Assembly: GCF_009914755.1 (NCBI RefSeq)
Contig: NC_060929.1
Length of the DNA stretch: 64,000 nucleotides
Direction: 5' to 3' (one strand)
DNA from: the human T2T-CHM13v2.0 reference genome, Homo sapiens
Positions 48,301 to 64,000 of this stretch are shown here, piece after piece; position 1 is the first letter of the stretch; each line of letters begins with the position of its first letter. Below the pieces are notes generated by a model, which did not search any database, had not been told where the DNA came from, and saw nothing but the letters and a program-made list of their open reading frames with translations. The translations under genes were made by a program, and so were the position numbers.

Positions 48301-49130
48301 GTTTCAGGGGAATTTTTTCTCATCATAGTCCTGTGTGGGGAGGTGCAGTCGGAAATGAGCAGGCCGAATCTGGGAGAAACTGGGGTTTGTCCCTAGTCGA
48401 CTGTCCCCCTTTAGCCCTGCCTTCCACCCACATGAGGCCTCGTTTGCCTGAACTTAAGGATCAAATAAATAAAACAGAAATTGGCTTCTCTGCCTCCCAT
48501 GCTGTCGCGGTTGCGTACAGAACAAGCTCCTTCGACAACATTGAGCCCAGGCCTTGCATCTAGTGGGCGCCAGGAGGCGGTTGGGGCCTGATCTAAAGCG
48601 AGATTAATTACCAAAGAGCAGGAGGTATTGTTGAGAAACCCCTGCGTCATGCCTTTTGGAGGGCGCTCCGGCTCTTGTATGTGAGTGTAAGAAGTGCTTA
48701 GAATGATTGGCTAAGAAAGATTTTGTTTTTCCAGACTTCTTTGTTGGTTAGAGCTTTGTCTCTTTTGGAATTAAACTTTTTAACTGTAGTATAAAATAGA
48801 GGCTTAATCTTCAAAGGAGCCTTGGAACACCCTCTTCCTGGTTCCTCTTTTGCTTCTCAGTCATTTTTTTCTCAGTTCAAGATGATGAGAGGTGAAACTT
48901 CGACTGAAGTCAGTTTGTCAGAAACACCATCTCTTGCTTTATTCTTGAACCTAATTGGTGGCTTCATAGTGCCTGGTTTTCATAGTACCTTGTATGCACA
49001 GGAGGCACCCAATAAATACCTGTTGAGTGAATAGTTCTATTGTCTTTATTAAAAGAAAAAGATTTTTGGCCAGGTGCCGTGGCTCACGCCTGTAATCCCA
49101 GCACTTTGGGAGGCCAAGGCGGGCGGATCA

Positions 49131-49391
<261 letters not shown>

Positions 49392-49907
49392 CTAATATTT
49401 TGTGACCTGAACCCCTTTTGCTCCCTGGGATACATTTGCTTTATTAGTCTAAAATTATTTTTTTTTAAAAGATACATGGTAGATGAATTTTTATCATTTT
49501 TAAGTATCAAGTTCCTCCTCCCTGGTAACACCAGTTATATGGGGTCATCTCTCCTACCTATAGAGGTTGATGGACAGAGTCAGAATTCTGGCATTATTAA
49601 AGCAATTGTATTTACCAAAGTTAATTAGACTTGTTTTTCCTACTGGAGTTAGCGAACAACAAAGTGCTTCTTTGTTGTGTTTATATCTTCAACTGTTTCA
49701 TTACCCTACTGTCTGCCTTTATGGCCTTTGTACTCAAAGAAGCATTTATTAATGTACTAATAGCACTGACAATTCCTTTCTTAAAGACCATTCTCTCCCC
49801 TTCCTTGGGATGTCATTGCCATTATCCAGGGTAATGAAACCCATCCTGTTTCCACTTAGCCCTAGAGAGTGTCATGATTCAGGTATTTGACCAGCTAGTG
49901 ATATATA

Positions 49908-52350
<2,443 letters not shown>

Positions 52351-52514
52351 AATTGTCAAGTGCCTGTATTATCTGGGTCCAGTTCACAGCCTCTGCTGCA
52401 GTCCTTGCTTTTCCTGCTCTTGGTTGGATTGAGCAGTGTCTCTCCTAGGAAGAGTTGCTATAATACATTTTGAGAAACACTGCACCTAGGCAGATGATCC
52501 CTGTGACCTTGACG

Positions 52515-52691
52515 ATTTAGTTAACTTTTCCATGTTCCCATTTCCTCATTTTAAAATGGAAATAGGCTTTTCTGTAGGGATTTTTTTAAAAAGGAAATAC
52601 TAGTGCACAATTTAATTAACTTTTCCATGTTCCCATTTCCTCTTTTTAAAATGGAAATAGGCTTTTCTGTGGGGATTTTAAAAAAAGGAAA
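52515..52691. repeat. Tandem duplication with ~95-bp period
   Basis: atttagttaacttttccatgttcccatttcctc...aaaaaggaaa occurs at 52515 and again at 52610. Confidence 0.9.
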
Positions 52692-53630
52692 CATTAAAGC
52701 CGAATTAGTACTAGTTCCCCTTTACCTCTTGAAAATACTGCAAATCAAATTTTTCAGGATACGTGAAGGAGCTGAAGTGCTTCACACTATGGTGAGTTGG
52801 GGTTTTTTTTTGAGACAGTCTTCCTCTGTTGCCCAGTCTGGAGTGTGGTGGCACAATCTCGGCTCACTGAAACCTCCACCTCCCAGGTTCAAGCGCTTCT
52901 CGTGCCTCAACCTCCCGAGTATCTCGGACTACAGGCGCACGTCACCATGCTTGACTAATTTTTGTATTTTTAGTAGAGGCAGGGTTTCACCATGTTGGCC
53001 AGGCTGTTACCAGACTTTTGGCCTCAAGTGATCCTCTCGCCTCGGCCTCCCAATGTGTTGGGATAACAGGCTCGAGCAGTGCCCCTAGCTTGTGGTGAAT
53101 TTTTAATACAGGTGAGCATTTCTGATTTAAATGATCAAAAATATCTTCAAAAAAATAAAAATGGGCCTGACATGGTGGCTCACACCGGCACTTTGGGAGG
53201 CTGAGGTGGGAGGATCACTTGAAGCCAGAAAATAGAGACCAAGCCTGGGCAATAAAGCAAGACCTGGTCTCTACAAAAACAATTTTTTAAAAATTACCTA
53301 GGCATGGTGGTGTAGACCTGTGGTCCTAGCTTCTCAGGAGGCTGGGTGGGTGGATTGTTTGAGCCCAGGATGTTGAGGCTGCAGTGAGCTATGATCATGC
53401 CACTGCATTCTAGCCTAGGCAACAGAGTGAGACCCCATCCCTTAAAAAAAAAATTCTCTTTTGCCCTTTCTTTTCCCTGCCTCATTAGGTCCTATAACCT
53501 CCTAATTACCCAACTTTCAGCATTCTGATGTGCAGGGGTCTCTTGGGGAAGATAAATTAACATCAAATACATCTGTGTTTCTCTCCCTTCTTTCCTCCTC
53601 ACAGGGTTCCTTTATTTATCTCCTTACTGA

Positions 53631-54106
<476 letters not shown>

Positions 54107-54712
54107 TAAAAAAAAAATGTTGTAGATACTGGGTCTCGTTTTATTGCCTATGCTGGTCTTGAACTCCTGACTTCAAGCAGTCCTCCCACCTCAGCCAACC
54201 AAAGTGCTAGGATTACAGTTGTGAGCACTGTGCTCAGCCAGGAAAAACTTATGAATCTTTTCTTTTATTAAAAAAAAAAATAGCCTACGATCACTTGGAA
54301 AAAACTCTTCAGAATTTATGGATGACCTAAATAAAGCCCCTGGCTCTTTATTTTTGCAACTGAAAAGGGCCAGCTAAAATCAGGTCTGTGCCTGGAATCA
54401 GCTTTCCTGATTCCTGACCATTCTAGTTTCTCATGATTTCCCTCTTTTCTCTAAAGGAATCCATAGATTCTCTAAAGCTTCCATTTTCTCACAGTGGCTT
54501 CCTAACCAGTAGATGTGGGGGAGGAGAAAAGGAAAGAGCGCAGAGATGAGTTTGCCAGTTCAGTCAACTCCATTTTTCTTTTTTTGTGGTTTGTTTTAAT
54601 TTTATTTTTATTTTTTGATTATTTTATTTATAAATAATAGAGATGGGCTAGCCGGGCATGGTGGCTCATGCCTGTAATCCCGGCACTTTGGAAGGCTGAG
54701 GTGGGTGGATCA

Positions 54713-55121
<409 letters not shown>

Positions 55122-55874
55122 TCATATCTCACTACAGCCTTGATATCCTGGGCTCTAGTGATCCTCCCGCCTCAGCCTCCTGAGTAGCTGGGACTATAGG
55201 CATGCTACTGCATCCAGCTAACTCCCCTTTTTTCATGAACAATTTCAAACATGTAGAAAAGTAGGAAGAGTAGTACAATAAGTGCCATATATTACCTCCT
55301 AGACTCAGTCATTGTTTAACGTATTCATATTTGCTTTGAGTGTGTGTATATATAATTTTGCTGGACCATTTGAAAGTAAATTGCAGTTATTGTGGCATTT
55401 CACCACTCAGCATGCAGCTCCTAAGACCAAGCATATTAGGAGCTGATACGTTAATGAGGGAGCTTTTATGTGAAACTATTAATATTAAGCAGGTAATACA
55501 AAGGAGCCTCAGCTCTTTCAGTTCTATGAGATGGTCTTTTGGAGAAGAGAGAAGACAGGGAAGAGATTCCACAGTGGAGCACGGACTGGGGGAAGATGAG
55601 TAAAGGCTTGGAATTGAGAATCCTAGATATAATGTGTTTTGGGGGACAGTGAAGGCACCTGCCTTCAGGAATGAAGGACTGATGTTTGCACGTAGGGGGA
55701 GGTGAGAAGGATGGGTGGAGGGAGTCAGTTACAAATGAAGCGGGGGACTTGATTCTGTAGGTCTTCAAACATTTTTATTGTGCAACTGTCAGAATTTCTT
55801 TAGCACAATCCCCCATACATATTTATTTATATTTTATAAGTGTAATGTATAAATTATGTATTTCAAGGAACTGA

Positions 55875-56390
<516 letters not shown>

Positions 56391-58878
56391 TGATCTGCCC
56401 GCCTCGGCCTCCCAAAGTGCCGGGATTGCAGGCGTGAGCCACTGCGCCCGGCCATAACTTCCCTTTTCACTCAGAGTCAAAGCCTTTTAAGAGTGAAAGT
56501 CCTTTCAGAGGCCACATGGTACCTCTTTGACCTCACCTTTCCCCAGGCTCCTTGCTCTGTGTCAGCCACACAGACCCCTTCCTCTTTGAACTCCAGGTAC
56601 CCTCTCACCCCCTGCCTTTGACATTACTTCTGCCTGGAACACTCCGTCACCTTGTTCAGGTCTGCACTGAGACGCCACCTCCTCAGCAAGGCTTTTCCTG
56701 ACCATCCTCTAAAATTGCAACCACAATCTCCAACCCCTGGTAGACCCCGTCTCCCTTTCCTGTCTTATTTTCCTCCATCAGCACTTACTGACCATCTGGC
56801 ATATATAGGTAGATAATTGTTGTTTGTTGTGTGTTCATCTTGTTTGTTGTCTATCTATGCCAGTAGCACGTGAGCTTCATGAGGCAGTGGTTTTTTTTGT
56901 TTATTTATTTATTTTTTTGAGATGGAGTCTTGCTCTGTCGCCCATGCTGGAGTGCAATAGCGCAATCTCGGCTCACTGCAACGTCTGCCTCCCAAGTTCA
57001 AGTGATTCTTCTGCCTCAGCCTCCTGAGCAGCTGGGATTACAGGCGAGCACCACCACGCCCAGCTAATTTTTTTGTATTTTTAGTAGAGATGGGGTTTCA
57101 TCATATTGGTCAGGCTGGTCTCGAACTCCTGACCTCTTGATCCGCCTGCCTCGGCCTCCTAAAGTGCTGGGATCACAGGCGTGAGCCACCACGCCCGGCC
57201 ACAAGGCAGTGGTTTTTATCTGTTTTGTTTCCTGTTCTCTCCTCAGACCCTAATACATATACTGGACATTCAGTGAGTGAAAATCTGTTGAACGAGTAAA
57301 TGAATGTGCCAATATATTAACCAAAGAAAATACACACACAGTGGCTCATGCCTGTAATCCCAGCACTTTGGGAAGCATAGGTAGGTGGATTACTTGAGGC
57401 CAGGAGTTTGAGAACAGCCTGGACAACATGGCAAAACCCCATCTCTACTAAAAATACAAAAATTAGCCGGGCATGGTGGTGCATGCCCATAATCTCAGCT
57501 ACTTGGGCTGAGGCAGGAGAATCGCTTGAACCTGAGAGGCGGAGTTTGCAATGAGCCAAGATTGTGCCACTGCACTCCAGCCTGGATGACAGAGTGAGAC
57601 TCTGTCTCAAAAAACAAAAAAGACACACAGAACTTCTAAAGGATGAGTTAAAAATAAAGAAAAATAAGAGTTCTGGGCCAGGTGTGGTGGCTCACACCAG
57701 TAATCCCAACACTTTGGGAGGCTGAGGCAGGAGTATCACTTGAGGCCAGGAGTTCAAGTACAACCTGGTCAACATATTGAGACCCCCCCCCCCCGACCCC
57801 ACCTCTCCAAAAAAAATTAAAAATATTAGCCAGGCCTGGTTGTGTACACCAGTAGTCCTAGCTGCTCAGGAAGCTGAGGCAGAAGGATCAGTTGAGCCGA
57901 GGAGTTGGAGGTTACAGGGAGCTATGATCATGCCACTGCACTCTAGCCTGGGCGACAGAGACCCTGTCTCTTAAAAAAACAGGAGTTATAATATTTGGTT
58001 CCCAAGTTCTAGGAAATGCTCTTGCTCTTCTTAGGGCGTGGACATGCCTCTTGGAAACCAAATGATGGATGATGGAGGGGGGACATCAAAAGGTCTTAAG
58101 TAGAGAATCCTGGTGATTGTTTATAGAATGAAGGAGAAGGAGAAAAGTTTGAATCTGCCAGCAGTTAAGCCAGGAGAACTGGGTGAATTTTGTTGCTGAC
58201 AGTGGGAATGGGAAGGAGGAAATACACATGGGGAGAGATGCTTTAAACTATAAATCCACAGTATTTGGTGACTGTGGAGGTGCAGAGAAGGCATGGACAA
58301 AAGATGATGGATGTGAGGGTGGGTCGGTTGGGTGAAAATGGCAGAGCTTCTTCTGAGGAGTAGGAGATTCAGAAGGGGAGCTTTTAGAAAAGAGATGGGA
58401 AGAGAACAGCATGAACTGAGGTTTAGAAATGTTGAAATTCTGCTGATGAGAGATCAAAGTGTAACTTTTTCAGACATGAATGGAGATTGGGAGAGCTCAT
58501 CGCTGGAGAGTCATATTTTTAGAAGTACAGTGTTAATTTCATTACAGAGAATACTACCAAATAGGGTAATTACTTAGTTGTCAAAACTAATTGTCACTGC
58601 GGCCTTTCCTGTTCAGTTTCAGATAAATTTGGATTGGACAGCTACACTGTGGCATCAGCACATATCTCTTTAAATACAAATGTTTAATTACATAAACTTT
58701 TCCCAGGTGTACCCTGGGCACACCGCAGTTTGCTGGATATTTGAGCAAATACAGATCCAATTTCTTGGTGTGCAATCCATGCCAGTTTGATAATCTGGAA
58801 AGGGGACTTAAACCATTCTGTGATGTTTGCATAGTTTGCTAGTTATTTAATGACATTTGCATTTTTTTTTTTTTTTAG

Positions 58879-58926
58879 AGTTATCATTACCATGTTGGTG
58901 ACCTGTTCAGTTTGCTGCTATCTCTT
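58879..58926 (+). CDS. ATP6V0E1: ATP6V0E1 coding exon 2 (48 nt); the gene continues beyond the window
   Basis: Poly-T acceptor tttttag, (G)VIITMLVTCSVCCYL(F), donor TT|GTAAGT. In frame with exon 1. Confidence 0.94.
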
Positions 58927-59389
58927 GTAAGTAATTTTTTCTTAAGTAATTATTCTTGGTATTTGTAGTGTGTGCGATTTACACATTTGTTTTATTGGAG
59001 CTCATCCCTCATGTAATATCTAGAAATAGTGTCCTAAAATTGAAAATATCACACTTTTCATATGCTCAGTATATTTATGTAGAGTTGTACAGATACTCTA
59101 TCCTTCTGGGAATACAACTTCTGTTTAATTGGCACAAATGTTAAAGCTTATAAGTAGCTGGAAATTATGATTATACTACTTTATATTTTACTATGGTGAA
59201 GTATTTACTTATTTATTTATCTTTTGAGACAAGGTCCCGCTCTGTCGCCCAGGCTGCAGTGCAGTGGTGTGATCTCAGCTCACTGCAACCTCGGCCTCCT
59301 GGGTTCAAGTGAGTCTCATGCCTCAGCTACCTAAATGGCTGGGGTTACAGGCACACGCCGCCATGCATGGCTAATTTTTGTATTTTTAG

Positions 59390-59617
<228 letters not shown>

Positions 59618-60190
59618 TAGAATTATAACCAAGTAGACTAAGGATAATTTTTTAACAATTCATTGTAAGCTGTATCAAAATATATGTATTGATCACATAC
59701 CATAAAAATAATCCTAAGGATTTCTTTCAATTTAGGTTTTTGAGACAGGGTCTTGCTCTGTCACCCAGGCTGGAATGGCTCAATCATAGCTCACTGCAGC
59801 CTCAAACTCTTAGGCTCAGGCGATCCTCCTGCCTCTGCCTCCCAAGTAGTTGGGACTATAGTCATGCGCCACCATGCTCAGCTAACTTTTTTATTTTTGT
59901 AGAGATGGAGTCTTACTGTGTTACCCAGGCTGGTCTTGAACTCCTGGCCTCAGTGATCCTTCCATCTTAAGCCTCCCAAAGTGCTAGGATTACAGGCATG
60001 AGTCACTACACCCAGCCAGGATTTCTTTCTAGAGTTTAGAACCAGTGATTCTCTTTTTTTGAAGAGAACTTTCTAGCTTCCTGAGACTTCAGAGACATGG
60101 AAAGTGTTGGTGTTCACAGAAGTGCTGTTTAGTGCCCATGTAAGGTAGGAAGCAACAGTTCTGACCCATCCTATAGATGAAAGACCATGA

Positions 60191-61625
<1,435 letters not shown>

Positions 61626-61695
61626 GGTCAGGGGCAAGGCGTGGTGGCTCACGCCTGTAATCCCAGCACTTTGGGAGGCCGAGGCGGGCGGATCA

Positions 61696-62064
<369 letters not shown>

Positions 62065-62293
62065 TTATCCGATTGTGGTGGCACATGCCTGTCGTCCCAG
62101 CTACCGGGAAGGTGGAGGTGTGAGGATCACCTGAGCCCGGGGAAGTCAAGGCTACAGTGAGCTGTCATTGCGGCAGTGCATTCCAGCCTGGGGGTCCAAG
62201 TGATACCCTGTCTCAAAAAAAAAAAAGTTGTGATAAATGATGTTGTTTGACTGTTTAAACACTAAGGCCCAGCTGATGAAACTTAAAATTTAG

Positions 62294-62494
<201 letters not shown>

Positions 62495-62510
62495 TGAGGT
62501 TACAAGTTCA

Positions 62511-62687
<177 letters not shown>

Positions 62688-63080
62688 CTAGGCATCAGAG
62701 TGAGACTCCATCTTAAAAAAAAAAAAAAAAAAAAGAGTAAATGAGGGCAAATACATGTATCATCAAGAACTGATTTTAGTACGATGGTTGACCATCAGCC
62801 TATCCTACTGAATCGCCTATGGAAATCAGTAAGGGAGCGCCATATCAATCCAGGTGTCAAGGATTGGTCTGTCATTGAAAAGGCCTTTGTTTTTATTGCT
62901 TTGAAGATCTCTGCAATGTGAGCAGTAAGGTCAGTGGTGGTACCTTATAAAAGGGAAAATGGGGGCCGGGCGTGTTGGCTTATGCCTGTATTCCCAGCAC
63001 TTTGGGAGGCTGAGGCAGGCGGATCACAAGGTCAGGAGTTCGAAACTCCTGGCCAACACGGTGAAACCCCATCTCTACTA

Positions 63081-63233
<153 letters not shown>

Positions 63234-63368
63234 TCAGGAGGGAAAAAAAAGGGGGTCGGGGGAATGAGTTCACAGAGGAATGACTTGAGATTTAAACCCA
63301 AAAAGCACCAAAATATTTTGTGACTTCCTGGTTCTCCATAGTCTTTGAAATGTGTTTAATTTTCATGA

Positions 63369-63608
<240 letters not shown>

Positions 63609-64000
63609 TAGTAGATGAGGTCCTGCTATGTTTGTTGCCCAGGCTAGTCTTGAACTCCTGAGCTCAAGCAGTCTTCTCACCTCAGCCTTCCAAAGTGCTA
63701 GGATTACAGGCGTGAGCCACCACGCCCAGTCATATTTCCACTTTCAAGTATAAAATGAATAATTGGATTTGAGCCCTTGCCTCTTGCTGTCTAGACATTA
63801 GTCCATTTTTTCCTTTGTTCCCAAATTCTGGTGACTTCTCTACTGACAGTGGATCAGCACTGTTAGTGGTGTATTAATAAAGGTGGTACACAGTGTTCCA
63901 ACATTAAATGCTTCTGGAGGCCATTTTATGGGGAAATCAGCTGGATAGTATTGACTTTATGAAATCATTTTTCTTTTGTTTCTTTGAAATCTGATCATAC

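Overview
Alu-dense primate (human-like) genomic DNA. The gene order ERGIC1 -> RPL26L1 -> ATP6V0E1, all on the + strand, matches human 5q35.1 from memory. The window holds the last coding exon and 3' UTR of ERGIC1, the complete RPL26L1 gene (noncoding exon 1 plus 3 coding exons, 145 aa) with a CpG-island promoter, and exons 1-2 of ATP6V0E1 with a CLEAR/E-box promoter. It also holds three retrocopies. The first is a full-length PPA1 (inorganic pyrophosphatase) copy with an uninterrupted 289-codon ORF, all catalytic residues, an in-frame upstream ATG, a poly(A) remnant and a 14-bp TSD. The second is a TMA7 processed pseudogene nested four layers deep in a Tigger3-type DNA transposon. The third is a probable minus-strand, 3'-UTR-only retrocopy in ATP6V0E1 intron 2. 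The rest is roughly 70 Alus, MIR/L2/L1/DNA-transposon relics and microsatellites. Nearly all ORFs in the supplied track are Alu or low-complexity artefacts. I see no evidence for a wholly new multi-gene system; the intact PPA1 retrocopy is the best candidate for an unannotated functional element. Repeat boundaries are approximate, and comparisons to parent genes are from memory rather than computed alignments.
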